DNA from: Malacoraja senta | Taxonomy: Eukaryota | Reading direction: 5' to 3' | Assembly: GCA_038087875.1 (NCBI GenBank) | Contig: JAXLNO010003834.1 | Location: 186,001 to 250,000, forward strand | DNA: 64,000 nucleotides | Shown here: positions 24,237 to 37,590 of the stretch, piece by piece | How the letters are laid out: each line of letters opens with the position of its first letter | Numbering within the stretch: the stretch's first letter is position 1 | Translations under genes and position numbers: made by a program | Notes under the pieces: model-generated | What the model saw: only the letters and a program-made list of their open reading frames with translations | What the model was told of the DNA's origin: nothing | Databases searched by the model: none

Positions 24237-27200
24237 GTCTGTGCAGTTCAGTTTAGAATTGATAATAACATGGATGAAGAGTTTTAACAAGGTAGAGATT
24301 GGCAATGATAAGGGGGTAAATTTGGGGAAACTTGGCTGGGTATATAAGGAGCTGTCAGAATTGCTAAACAATTGATTCAGCCTGAGACAAGGAAATGGAA
24401 GGAGTCTAAAGTGAGGGCACGGAGTTGGAGTCGGCCTATTCCTCTGTGAGAGGAAATAACAGATCATTTAAGACTGGATGGCAGCTTAGTCATTTTACAG
24501 CACAGAGGGGTTGGAAGGGTGGAGAGACATTAGCGCGCGGGGTCAGTGGGCATGTGGAACTTACTTGTGTCGGCAGATAATGTTGCCAAGAGGCTGCATG
24601 CAGATGAGGAAGGGGAAGAAATTACAGATAAATTGTTTCAATCATGCTTTTGTTTAAAGAAAAGCTATGAATCAAAACCAGGAAAGTTGGCAAAAGTTTC
24701 TAATTCGTTTTTAAAAAGAAGACAGCAAACCTATCAAATCACTTCAGATACTTTGTGAAAATCCTAACTGTGATAGCATGCTCTCCCCACCAAACTGAAC
24801 ATATAATACAGAAGTAAGCTTTGTAATATAATAAAGGCATAGAAAATTACAAATGTTGAGAACATGATTAAACTTGCATATAGACTAACATTTCCTGTCT
24901 TAGAGATGCCTCTAAGCTCACCAGACACCAGTACCTATGAATTTGTGATGTGGCCTAGAATTTTGTGCAGCTTCCCAGATGTATCACTGTCTGCTAGACA
25001 GACTGAAGTTGGAAGGCCACGGTTCCAGTTTTTCAGACTGCCAAATCCCAAGGTACTTTAGCACAGGTTGAATAAATATTTTTTGGAGCTAGCGAAGAGG
25101 AAAATATATTTTTAAATATTACAAATCATTCTTTAGTTTTTGATTAGTGTGGGTAATCTTTCTAAATGAAGTTTCTCAACTTAAAAGGTAAAATGACGCC
25201 CAGTGAGTGCTGGTGTAAAGTCAGTTCTTTACGTAGATTGGGAGGAGGAGAAAGTACTGTAATAATAATATTAGGACACTTATTTGGATGGGATTGCTAA
25301 ACCAACAAGCATAAGAAAACTGGTTTCAGAATCCCTTAAATAATATGCTGGCTGGGACAAGTTCTTGAGAACATGAGTTCTTGAACAAGCATTTATAGAG
25401 ATTTTGTGTTGTTAATTAAACTTTCATTTAACTGTGATTGCAAACTTTGTGGATGTCATCATGACTGATTATTGAAAGTTGTGAAGGAAGCTATGTTACC
25501 TTCAAATACTGGAGACTGTAAGTTGATGTTTGTCACACCAATTCACCAAATGGCCAGGACAAGTATTCATCAAATTCAAAGAACAATTGCATGATTCATT
25601 TGTTTCTTCGAACAAACATTCCCAATTTGTTATTCAATTTTATTTGATGTAAACCTATGGAACGCCGTTGAACATAAAACCCATTCAACAGTTGTGATTG
25701 CCAGTGTAATCAATAGCACAAATGGGAAGAATTGGTTTGATATGTGAGGCATTGTTCAGAACAGTGACCTTTTCACTTTGGGAATTTTGGATTGAAAGTT
25801 GACCTATTTAAAGGGAAAATAGTATTTTCCGCTAACTAAAAATATCTCCAGGAAATGGGCTTGGGCAGGTATTGTGGGCACAAGACTGTACTTTAAAGCT
25901 GCCTGTTAATTCAGAACAGATTAGTACCAAAATGGTAAAATCGCACAAATATGGGGAAATATAGGCAAAATATTTTCTTCCATTGTAGAAATTCTCCTGC
26001 TTTATAAATAGAACTGAGTTGGCTTTAGAATTATCTGCCTGCTACAGGTTGCCAGCAAATTATTGATGTTGATAGAAATATAAAGGAATTCCATTTCCAA
26101 CCATGAGCTTCCTAATCAAATGCTCAACTTTTCACACTCTTGCCTGAGAATAATTTAAAAGAAACATTCTAAGGTTGTAACGTATAATTTAGTTTCTTAA
26201 GTGCAGAATTTTATTATTTTCCACCACCATTTAGTTCTTTATTTTCTGGCCAACTTCTGTTCTTTGCTCAACTTGATGATTTTTACAGCATATTTCTATT
26301 TTTGAAGCTGTTCCTTGACTGGTGTTTTCTAATTGAAGCAGAGAGTTCAGATGTATATACATATATTTCTACCTTACGTTTTTGTACTTCACCGATGATC
26401 ACGCAATTTAAAAGCATCTCGTAAATCAAGGAGGAACTGTCAAATGAAGGAAGATGTTTTTTAAATCATGGCAAATCATTTCTAAACCTCGTAGGAGCTG
26501 GTTACATGCGAGGTTGCATAATCATGCATATTATGTAATGTCACTTGAAATAACTTTTAAACTTAGATTGAATAAAATAAATCAAGTTTGGAGATTTGAC
26601 ACCAGCCATTAGAATGTCGTCACCATATTTTCATTGCTGGTTTAATGTTTCCTATATTATGGATTATATTATATGGATGTGAACTATAGAGACGAGATTG
26701 GAACTGGCAAAGCCTTGCATTTTTGTAAAGGTTTTGGAAACATTTTTCAGATTCCAGAACGTCCAACCCATAGTCACATGAAAAAATACATCACAAATGA
26801 AGCACGAGACTCACAGGTCCCACGATTCATGTTACTCTGAGATAGGCTTTGTTGAAAAGCCTTTAATACTGGTTGGGAATGCAGATTTGTCTCTGGAAGA
26901 AGTCATAATGTTGACGATGGTCAGGGGAAAGAAGTTGATTTTGGACTGTGATTCTTTGGAACCAATTCAGATAAAGACCCTTGAAGAATTGAAGAGGGTC
27001 AATGCTTCTTTGGAACAAGAATTATTGTTACTTTTAATAATTTTTTAGACCATCGGAGTGTTTTTGTCCAAGCAATAGTTTGTAACTACATTATCGTGGA
27101 ATAGTGTCTCAAAGTTCGTAAGGCACTGTTTAAAACAAAACAAATTGTCTTAGTTACGGGCACATTTAGTATTAAGGGATATCTACAGTTCCAAGGAGCG

Positions 27201-27299
27201 CACTTCCTCGTGGACTATCCTCTCGTCCACACAACCCTTCAGTTACCCCCTGGCCCATTTGTGAAGGAGTCTGCAGTTCATTCATTGGCTTCATCAGTC

Positions 27300-27950
27300 A
27301 CTGTAGACCCACAGAACCAGAATGGAAGCAAGTTATCCACAATCTAAGAAGGGAAGACTCTTGTGATGTAACTTGGTCAGGTTGATGGGTGTTATTTTTG
27401 ATGCTCAAGTACAGTCCTCATCAAACCAGGCTTGAGTCCCTGGGCTTGATGGTAATGTCAGAGTGATGGCAGCCCAAGTGGTTATAGATTGTGCTGAAAA
27501 GTGATTGTGATTCTGCCACTACTGATGGACTACAGCACCTCTCAAAAGGCTATTTTTGACCTGCTGTCTGATGATAGGAATACCAAGTACCCAGACGGAG
27601 TGACCTCAGAATGAGGATAGGACGTTGACTCCACAAGGGCACTGTGTTAGACAGTCACTCCTTCCATTTCTATCGTGCATTGATGCATCTGCGATGCGAG
27701 ATTCATGATGATTCATGAGGATGAGTCGTCCCTTGTGTGAGACCATTTACCACCTACAAGCCTTGACATCTCTGAGGTTAAGGATTTGGCCAGATCAGAG
27801 CTATCTTCCACACTTGCTGATGGCTATTGGAGTCTTCCGCCCACATCACCCAATTTGAACTCTTGCTCCCAAATTCTACTGTAGAATCATGACGCACAAC
27901 ATACCGCCTGCAGTCAACATCCACTCATGGGATGGATGTGTCAAGCCCAT
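27300..27950 (-). mobile_element. Ancient L2/CR1-group LINE remnant
   Basis: Reverse complement of ~27415-27458 reads ITIKP..AWFDE across a frameshift (PWF motif upstream of RT). Confidence 0.4.
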
Positions 27951-29002
27951 ACTTGCCACCTCACAGAGTTTACATCACATCAGGCTTGGATCCCTCTCCA
28001 AAGTAGGAAACTGATTGGGCCTGTGATGAGATTCGTCAAGGATGGGAGTCTGAGGGACTATGTCAGGCCAGTCCAATCTTCCGGGCCCATCCAAATCCTG
28101 CTTTAGTCCCACTACTATCGATGTAGTAGGCATAGAATAGTCACTGTAAAACTGTCGCAGTACTGGTGGGTATATTTCTGCCATTGTATAATTCTATCAT
28201 GCTGTGCAGGAGGCATGTTCTTCATTATATAACATTGGGATATAGGCCTGGCGGGCAAGGTGGAAAGGGGCTTGAGTGTAGTGATGAGTGGTATGGCAAG
28301 AGGCACTAAGTAAAGCAGTAAGGAGCCATGATGAGAGCAGCCAAGCAGTGATGCGAGAGCATTAATAATGATGGTATTTGTGCTTTTAACCATGACCAAT
28401 ATTTTCACTATCTGATTATATATTTTCAAAATAAAACTGATTTCCCACGAATGGCCATTGTAAAAGGTATGAATTTCAATTTGGCCCACAGAATAGGTTA
28501 GGTAATCATATGGAGGACATTTGCAGGTCAGTTGGTCTATGTTTCTCTTTTGTAGTCCTGTCTAATTCTTCTTATATTTGTTAAGAGAGTAAGTCGGTGT
28601 CTATTGCATTGCTGTGATTCCGGCTAAATATAGACCAGACCAGAGGAGTTTAGATCATCTTTCCTTCAGGCTATCAGAGTCCCAGGTGAGTCTTTTCCTC
28701 AGCCCATTGGTTCCATACTGAACTTTATTCTAGAGGGACGTGATTAATTAAATTTAAAATTCCCCAGATGCTGTGGTTAGATTTGAACATGTGTCCCTGA
28801 CTCTGGATTCCTGCTCCAGTGATATAGCCACAGAGATTACATTTTCCTAATTCAACCAGAGTTCACTGTAAAAGGGCAGGTGAACCGTGGTTACTGAGAG
28901 AGCACTTTTACTGACTGGGCACAGGCATGAGGACATAAATTCTGACTTCCATGTTAGATTGCCTATCAATGCGCACAGGCTGATCCCATCTAATTGCTAG
29001 TT

Positions 29003-29880
29003 TTAGACAATAGGTGCAGGAGTAGGCATTCGGCCCTTTGAGCCAGCACCGCCATTCACTGTGATCATGGCTGATCATCCACAATCAGTACCCCGTTCCT
29101 GCCTTTTCCCCATATCCTTAAGAGCCCTATCTAACTCTCTCTTGAAAGCATCCAGAGAATCGGCCTCAACTGCCTTCTGAGGCAGACAATTTCACAGATT
29201 CACAACTCTGTGGGTGAAAAAAGTTTTTCCTCATCTCCGTTCTAAATGGCCTACCCCTTATTCGTAAACTGTGACCCCTGGTTCTGCACTCCCCTAACAT
29301 CGGGAACATGTTTCCTGTCACTAGCGTGTCCAAACCCTTAATAATCTTATATGTTTCAATAAGACCCCCTCTCATCCTTCTAAATTCCTGTGTATACAAG
29401 CCCAGTCGCTCCATTCTTTCAACATATGACAGTCCCGCCATCCCAGGAATTAACCTTGTGAACCTATGCTACACTCCCTCAATAGCAAGAATGTAATTCC
29501 TCAAATTTGGAGACCAAAACGTCACACAATACTCCAGGTGTGGTCTCACCAGGGCCCTGTACAACTGCAGAAGGACCTCTTTGCTCCTATACTCAACTCC
29601 TCTTGCTATGAAGGCCAACGTGCCATTAGCTTTTTTCACTGCCTGCTGTACCTGCATGCTTACTTTCAGTGACTGATGTACAAGGACACCCAGATCTCGT
29701 TGTACTTCCCCTTTTCCTAACTTGACACCATACAGATAATAATCTGCCTTCCTGTTCTTGCCACCAAAGTGGGTAACCTCACATTTATCCACATTAAACT
29801 GCATCTGCCATGCATCTGCCCACTCATCCAACCGGTCCAAATCACCCTGCATCCACATAGCATCCTCCTCACAGTTCACA
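29003..29880 (-). mobile_element. 5'-truncated CR1 (HER1-like) LINE
   Basis: ORFs 29469-29879 and 29166-29441: QGDLDRLDEWADAWQMQFNVDKCEV, LYRALVRPHLEYCV, RTRGHSLRIRG; 3' tail at 29003. Confidence 0.95.
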
Positions 29881-30277
29881 GACTTTTATCAAACTTTTCT
29901 CTGAACTTTAGAACTTGATCCTCTAATCTTTACCCATAGCTCATCCCTGTTGTATTTGGCATCATTTTTGTTATTATTCTTTCCAAATCCATTGCAATAT
30001 GTTCTTTCACTAGCCTAGTGACCTAAATTAAGTATTCCAGATGTGGACTCAACAGCGCATTGCAACATCATACAATAACCTCCAACTGTATTCTGTTGGT
30101 TAAGACACAATTAAGTGTCCCAATTTTAAATAATAAAGACAGAAAATACTGGATATATTCAGCATGTCCAGCAGCCTCTGTGGGGAGAGAAACAATTGAC
30201 CTTCAAATGAATGATTATCTTTGATCTGAGACTGTTATATTTTCCCAGATGCTGTTGAACTGACAGAATATTTTCAC

Positions 30278-30576
30278 TAGTTTAGTTTAGTTTGGAGATA
30301 CAGCGTGGAAACAGGCCCTTCGGCCCACCGAATCCACACCGACCAGCGATCCCTGCACACTAACACTATCCTACACACACTAGGGACAATTTACATTTAT
30401 ACCAAGCCAATTAACTTACAACCCTGTATGTCTTTGGCATGTGGGAGGAAACTGAAGATCTCGGAGAGAACCCACGCAGTCATGGGGAGAACGTGCAAAC
30501 TCCGTATAGTCAGGATTGAACCCTGGTCTCTGGCGCTGTAAGGCAGCAACTCTACCGCTGCGCCACCGTGCCTCCC
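30278..30576 (-). mobile_element. HE1/V-SINE-like copy
   Basis: (tttag)n tail, V core, head ctctaccgctgcgccaccgtg; inserted in a decayed PLE fold-back (~30135-30277, 30590-30625). Confidence 0.9.
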
Positions 30577-30635
30577 TAATTTAACTTTATTTATTTTCAA
30601 CATCTGCATTTATTTTATTTTTGTCTTAATTTTAA

Positions 30636-31038
30636 GTGGCAGCCCTAATTCAGTGGTGATGTCCACATCCCTAAGTCTGAAAGTCAAGATTCATCCAGAG
30701 ACCAAAGCACATGATATAACTGCAGTTACAAAAATGTATTTCAGGTAAGACACTCGACTGAGGTCTACAGCACTTCTAAGAAGAGAAGAAAACTGTTCCT
30801 GATGTCCTAGACAACATTTATCCCTCTATCAATACAGCAAAACTGTATGCCTTCAATTACCATGTAGCCCTTTAGAAAACTCAACTGCTTTTAGATTAGA
30901 TTAGATAGCCCTTTATAGGCTCTTTTGCCTATAAAAGAGCAATGATCACACTTTAGAATGACTTTGCTAACTGCAAAATGCTTTGGAACATCTTGAGGTC
31001 ACGAAAGGTGCGATATAATGCCTGGAACCTTTTTCTTG
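30636..31038 (+). mobile_element. Ancient DeuSINE (SacSINE1-like) remnant
   Basis: tgtcctagacaacatttatccctc (Deu-domain-like) and L2-type tail gctttggaacatcttgaggtcacgaaaggtgcgatataa. Confidence 0.6.
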
Positions 31039-31065
31039 TTTAACACTGAACAGGTTGTTCATGAT

Positions 31066-31218
31066 AGTAGACAAAAATGCTGGAGAAACTCAGCGGGTGA
31101 GGCAGCATCTATGGAGCAAAGGAATATTCCTTCACTCCATTGATGCTTCCTCACCCGCTGAGTTTCTCCAGCATTTTTGTCTACCTTCGATTTTTCCAGC
31201 ATCTGCAGTTCTTTCTTA
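31066..31218. mobile_element. PLE-derived fold-back element, 17-bp flanking direct repeat
   Basis: aacaggttgttcatgat at 31049-31065 and 31219-31235; arms fold at ggaatattcc. Confidence 0.9.
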
Positions 31219-31690
31219 AACAGGTTGTTCATGATGGTGGTGAGAATATGAAATATAAATCTCAAAATCGGGAATAATCAGAAATAAAACCCGGACATGA
31301 ATGTAAGATGTCAAAGAGTGCAGAAAGGAGATCCATCTGCTTCAAATCATTGCACTTACGCTATTTTGAAATAATAGTGATTTTCTTATCCTGCTGCCTT
31401 GATTTTATGGCCCTTGTGTGTTGGGAAGCACTGTTATTGTTGTTGTGAGTTTCAGATCCTTCCTTATTTGTTTGTATGATTTAGTTGTCAGTAACTCATT
31501 ATTTTGTGTTCATTTTTATTTTTATTTCTCTGGCTGCGCTGCAGATATGTCCCTCCAGCTCCTCTGCTTATCTTGGTGATCAACTTTGTGGTGGCAGTGG
31601 CTTCTGCTTGTTCTGGTGGTAATGGCCGTATTTGCAATGGCAACACACACTGATGTTTAACAGGCTGCCCCCTGTGTTTTCTTCCCACAG

Positions 31691-31882
31691 ATCGTCCAGT
31701 CACTATTAGAACTGAACCAGAATCGCAGTAAACTGAAGCTGTACATAGGACACCTCATGGCTTTGTGTCAGGACCGTGACTCACAGATTCTTCAAGGATT
31801 GACACCACCTCCAGCGTACGGTGGCATTGATAACAACAGGGCAATGTGGGAGGAAGCACTGCAGAAGATGACCTCAGAGCAG
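31691..31882 (+). CDS. ERC1: ERC1 (ELKS) penultimate coding exon, 64 codons, phase 0/0
   Basis: Pyrimidine tract and acceptor (ctgtgttttcttcccacag|ATC); donor CAG|gtatga. The open 192-nt frame reads IVQSLLELNQNRSKLKLYIGHLMALCQDRDSQILQGLTPPPAYGGIDNNRAMWEEALQKMTSEQ, matching my recollection of mammalian ERC1 (IIQPLLELDQNRSKLKLYIGHL...LQKMTRGQ). Confidence 0.93.
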
Positions 31883-33397
31883 GTATGAGAAAAGTATGGA
31901 TAGTTATTGGTCAAATATGATTTTCTTTCTTTTGCAATGCAGACAGCTCAGTGAAATTTGCCACACTCCTCTTGTACACCCACTCTCTGATGTGTTGTCA
32001 AGCATCTTCCCACAGCTGTCAAAATAGTCTAATCATTCAAAACCTTTTGAACTAATAAGCCCATGAGTTCACAATTTATAGCTAATTAATTTCTGCTGCG
32101 TGAAGGCTTTATTGGAGCGACATTTATCATTCTAAGGTTATAGCTACATTATTCATATTGTATAGAAAGTCCTAATGTGTTTTTTTCCTTGTACCAAAGA
32201 TGTATCAATGTTGCAATGTCACAATAATTAACTTACCTTTTCATTTCCAAGGCCTGGTAAGGGCTTTGTAGCAGGGGAAAGAAAGGTGTGAATCAAGTTG
32301 AGATGTTCAGGTATATATTGTTGGTTTCCTGAGGGCAGAATGGTGTTTTGCATCAGAGATTCTTAAAGAAAACTGGAAATCTTCATGTAATACATTTGCT
32401 GGACCTGGTTGTCATAGAAATGTGAATGGAATCATGGAGGACAAAATGAAATATGATCACCAATAATAGTCAAATTTATTGAAAAGAGGATTTCTTTGAC
32501 TGCTGTTATTTTACTGACGTGTACAAACAAAAGGACGAAGAATAATCCAGGAGAGTACGTACAATAGCTCAAAGATTTTAATTCAACTCAATAAAATCTA
32601 AAGGGGAAAGCACGTTACTTTGTTCAGGCAACTGAAATGGTGTCAAATGGAGAACTTTCTGCCTTATTTCCGTAAAACAGGAAGGTTTACCACTGCAATA
32701 AAAGGCTTCATTATATTTGCTAACTAATTTTAATCTTTCTTAACATACCCAACAAATTATCCGCTAATAAGTTGTTGTTATTTTGGGTTGTCATTATCCA
32801 GCAATTTACAAAATGTTTTCACTTCTAATGTTTTAGTGTTCTGCAGGATTGTTTATTAAGACAGTCAGACAAACGGGAATATAGGAATTTGTGCATAAAC
32901 GGTGAGGTTTCGTATTTTTTAATGTAGCCTATAATTGCGCGTGAGGTAAACTGGCAGAGTGTATGTCATAATTCTTTTATTTTATTATAAGTACAAAGGA
33001 GTTGTTAGTACACTCTAAATTATACATTGTTTAGCAAATTAGAAAGAGTTTGAAGTGAAGGAATGTCTTATTTATAATGAAATTAAAATTGACCATGGTG
33101 CAGTATTTATGTTATCAAAGTGAGGGCTGTTAATGATGCAAATAGAACTCTTACAATTTCAGACAGCCACTCAAACACTCCCGAGTCCAGTGTTCCCCAA
33201 CTAAATGTGGGATAAAGTTCCCTCTGCCTTGCCCCAATAATATGCTTTGAGCCAAAGCTCAGAAAGACTCTGAAACGACACTAATATGGGTAAAAGATTT
33301 AAAACTATTTTCCACATCAGTCATCCTGTGGCCTCAGTTGATTTGCCAATCTAATATAAACTAGCAGCTGTTTTGTACTTGAATTGGAGGCACACTA

Positions 33398-35064
33398 GAA
33401 TGAATGAATGAATGAATACTTTATTGTCATTATAACATGTAAACATGTACAACGAAATTAGAAATGCCAACCAGTCAGTGCACCATTCACACATTTTCTA
33501 AAAGCAAAAGTCTAAGATAAACAACTAAAATAAATAACATGGAAAAAAAACATTCTTCTGTCGATTTCATAGTCCCTTTGGTGTGTAGCACACCTGTACT
33601 CATTTGGTGGCTACATTAAGTGTAGTTATTGCTGTGGGATAAAAACTGTTTTTGAGTCTGTTTGTCCTTGTCCTCATTGATCTGTACCGTCTGCCTGATG
33701 GCAACAGTTCAAACAGGGAGTGACCGGGGTGGAAAATGTCCTTTATGATGTTCTGGGATTTTTTGAGACAGTGGGAACTGTGTAGGTCCTCCAAGGTGAG
33801 GAGAGGGCAGCCGATAATCTTCTGGGCGTTGTCAATAGCCCTCTGGAGCGCTTTCCTCTTAGCCGCTGTGCAGCTGGTGTACCACACGCATACACAGTAT
33901 GTTAAGATGCTCTCTATTGAAGGATAGCAGCAGTCTCTGGGTGATGTTGTTCTTCCTGAGCACCCTCAGGAAGTACTGTCTCTGCTGGACCTTTTTCAGC
34001 AGCGCAGAGGTGTTCACGCTCCATGTCAGGTCCTCCTCAATGTGGATTCCCAGGAAGCAGAAATCCGCCACCCTCTCCACACAGTCCCCTCTGATGATTA
34101 GTGGTGTAATGTCCATTTTCTTCTTCCTGTAATCTATTATGAGCTCCTTGGTCTTTGAGGTGTTGAGGAGCAGGTTATTTTCTCCACACCACCCTGTCAG
34201 CTGCTCCACCTCATCCCTGTAGGCGTACTCATCCCCCCCAGAGATGAGCCCCACCACCGTGGTGTCATCCACGAATTTGACAATGGTGTTACTGTGGTGG
34301 GCGGGGGTGCAGTCATATGTGTAGATGGTGTAAAGCAGGGGGCTCAGCACGCAGCCCTGTGGAGAGCCGGTACTGAGGCTGAGGGCCGTAGATGTGTGAT
34401 GGCCCACTCTAACTCTCTGACTGCGACCCGACAGGAAGCTCTTTATCCACATGCAGGTGGAGTGTGGAAGTCCCAGGTCCCCCAGTTTGTCCACCAGTTT
34501 GTGGGGAAGAATGGTGTTAAAAGCAGAGCTGTAGTCCACAAAGAGCATCCGCACGTAGCTCCCCCGCTGCTCCAGATGTGACAGTGCAGCATGGAGGGCT
34601 GTGGCTACAGCATCCTCTGTGGATCTATTCGCTCTATACGCAAACTGGTGGGGGTCAAAGCTTCGGGGCAGGAGTGATGTGATGTGACCCCGGACCAGTT
34701 TTTCAAAACACTTCATCACCACTGGTGTGAGTGCGACTGGCCGGTAGTCGTTGAGGCTGGAAATGTGGGGGGTTTTGGGCAAAGGGACTATGGTGGAGGA
34801 CTTCAGACAGGATGGGACAGTGGACTGGGCCAGAGACTGGTTGAAAATCCTCGTAAAGACTCCGGCCAGCTGGTCTGCGCAGTCCTTCAGCACGCGTCCA
34901 GAAACGCCGTCGGGTCCAGCAGCCTTCCTCGGATTGATGGCCCGCAGCGTGCGCCTCACCTCATGCTCCTCTAATTTGAGGGATAAGCTGCTGTGGACCA
35001 TGTGGTGTGATATGGCTGTCTCTGGTGGCTCCACTTCAAAGCGAGCAAAGAAGAGGTTCAGCTC
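33398..35064 (-). mobile_element. Rex1/Babar non-LTR retrotransposon, 5'-truncated
   Basis: RT ORF 33859-35034 (KAAGPDG, LNDYRPVALT, DPHQFAYR, FVDYSSAFNT, GSPQGCVLSP, KFVDD). C-terminus in a shifted frame 33600-33887. 3' tail aataaagta(ttca)n. Possible TSD ctagaat at 33395-33401 / 35065-35071. Confidence 0.93.
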
Positions 35065-37429
35065 CTAGAATTAGGAAACTAAGCAAAATACTTTGTATGG
35101 AACCGATACAATTTACAGAGTAAACTTTTAGTCATCCATCTAGAATGTGTTGAACGTGGGACCAAGAGGTGAATACAGTGAATGTTCACTCAAACACGCA
35201 TTTAACTTCTATTATAACTTCACATTATATTTGTAATATATTGCAAAATTTCAGGTTCTTTCCTCTCCCGATGCTTTCAATACGATGCTCTAGTTAATAA
35301 AGTCATTGTGCCTTTAGTTCACCTATATAAATTGAATTTAAAATAAGGGAATAAAAGACAATTCAGTGGCATCTGAAATTCTGTACATGCCTCATTTTTG
35401 TTATCAGTAGCTACACGGGGAGACATCAAGTACTTCTTAGTGAAAGAGCCACATTGGATTGTTACCAGACATGCACTTTGATGGCAGAGGAGCTAATAGA
35501 TCGTAGCTTAGATCTATCAAATTTTAGATAAAGCAACGTAAAAGCTTATGTACTTACTCTACATGAAAGGTTTTGTGGTTAAGAACAGTTATTGTCTTGT
35601 GCTCCTTGTAGCGATGTAATCTACTTATTATAAATGTACAAAATAATTATTATCCAAAAATATTATGTGTAGCCTTCATGAGAACTCACGGAAACCACAA
35701 CTGAAAATGTGTGTTGGTCTCTCTAGCTGCTTGAACATGCCTCTGCAGCGTAGTAAATGGCATAAGCCTTTGAATGCTCCAATAATTGAAGCCAACCCTA
35801 CACATTCTTCCCATGATTTATCACAAGACAGAAGGTATTCCACACAGCAGTCAGAGCACAGCAAATATTAACTAACAAGAAATTAGTTTTCACCTCAGAG
35901 GTTAGCAGTCAGCTTGGTGAAACGTCTGCTGTCGGTGGAAATTTCCATTTATGAACAAAGACAACAAACCTAGTTGATAAAAAATGTTGATGAAATGATA
36001 TCAACCGGCATCCTATCGAATCCATCTTTAATTGCCGTGACTTTGGACAAGGCTTTGGTTATAAATCGTAAGTGTCTTCTCGTGCACTGAGCCTTTCCAG
36101 GGATAAAAAATGTTCACTGATACACGGGCCAGTGCTTGAAGTCATACTCATTTATCTTGTCAATGTGTTTCCAAAGCTGTGTCAATTTGAGGGCAGCAAC
36201 AAAATGTCAGAATGTGCAGATGTATTTTCAGTAGCATCTTCAGTATCAGTGGCAGATTGTGATGCAGTGTAATTAATGGTGCAATTTAATATTCCCTTGG
36301 CTCCTGTGACATGATAGACAAATTCCACTGCAGGCTGATGAATCATAAACCCGACCAAAAAATAGTACAAAGCATCATTACAACAATTGAGAAGTGAAGA
36401 AAAAGTGCTGGAGGAACTCAGCTGGTCAGGCAGCATCTCTGGAGGACATGGATAGGTGGCACTTTGAGAAGTAAAATTACATTTGTTAGTATTGTGACTC
36501 CAGCATATTTCAGTTGTGATTTAAGTAGGGATTAAGAGCATCTTGAAGGAGTCCTGATTGCAGCAGAATAACAAGTATGTGTTTCATTGATCTATTTCCA
36601 TTCACACTGCAGATTTGCACCAGTTTTAGTGTCAGTCATTTTTCTGTTCTGAGATAAATATTCCAATGAATCTTGGGTATCAAGAAGATATATTGCCAGC
36701 CTTTAATCTTGAATGAAATGTCCCAGTATTGGTGGGAAAATCCCTAGATTGAAGGACACCTTGCTTCTAGACAATCAAAACCCATTCACTATTTGATGCA
36801 GGAAATATAGTCTTCAGGTGGTTGACTTTGAGTTTATTCAACCCTGTGAGAAATAATGGATCGTTCCAACTGCAAATGGGAAATCGCCATTGACAGTAAA
36901 TCAGTCTTCCACCATCTGAGCAGCTGCCTTTAGTGTGAGTGGCATCCTTAGATTACGTAATTGTACAGAAATGGACGGAGGGAAATTTAAATAATCTAAG
37001 GGTTTTTTTTATCATGTTTTTTTTTTAATTGCTCATAAGTCTTAACACTATACTTGCTGTTTTATTAATAACTGCACTGCACTTGCCTTCTGAAACCCAG
37101 AAGTTTATCTCTTCTGCCTTTCATCCAACTGGGTCAAAATCCTGAGGTTTCCGACAACTGACCATTGTCGAGAGTCATCACTAACAGATCAATATTACTG
37201 TAAGAAAACGCACTCCATCTCTTCAGGAACAAAGAATGAGCAGCAACTGCTGCCTTACTAGTATACCCATGTCTTGAGAAATAAAGAAATATCTTACTTG
37301 ATCAATGTTTGAGACACTGAACAATGGAATGGGCACAGCAGAAGATGGTGAGTTTGATCATTTGACAGTTTCATTCTTTGTCAGTCAGCTGCAAGATTTT
37401 ACAATTTGGATGGGTGAAGGGTCGGAATG

Positions 37430-37590
37430 ATTTAGGTTTAAGCTTGTTATTGTCACGTGTACCAAGGTGCAGTGAAAAGCTTTGTTTTGCACGCTATCCA
37501 ATAAAATCAGATAATATACAAAAGTGCACCGTCAAACTTAAGTTCAATAGGTAGAGCAAGCGGAAAGATACAGAGTGCAGAATAGAGGGA
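37430..37590 (-). mobile_element. LINE 3' tail (Rex1/Babar-like); similar tail at ~48565-48690
   Basis: ttattgtcacgtgtaccaaggtgcagtgaaaagc. Confidence 0.55.

Noticed and set aside
26797-27048. 83-aa ATG ORF with coiled-coil-like end (LEELKRVNASLEQELL)
   Set aside because: Does not match ERC1 as I recall it, and has no clear splice signals or recognisable family; a BLASTp would be needed to revisit it.
1-31690. ERC1 neuronal micro-exon encoding D(E/D)EEGIWA* and the preceding ...KPSPDQ exon
   Set aside because: Scanned by eye for AG|GAT GAR GAR and TGG GCN stop patterns and found none. Near-misses at ~1561 (DEMEK) and ~24603 (DEEGEEI) lack IWA. Probably upstream of the window.
33736-35068. 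+ strand ORFs over the Rex1 element
   Set aside because: Antisense shadows of the RT frame.
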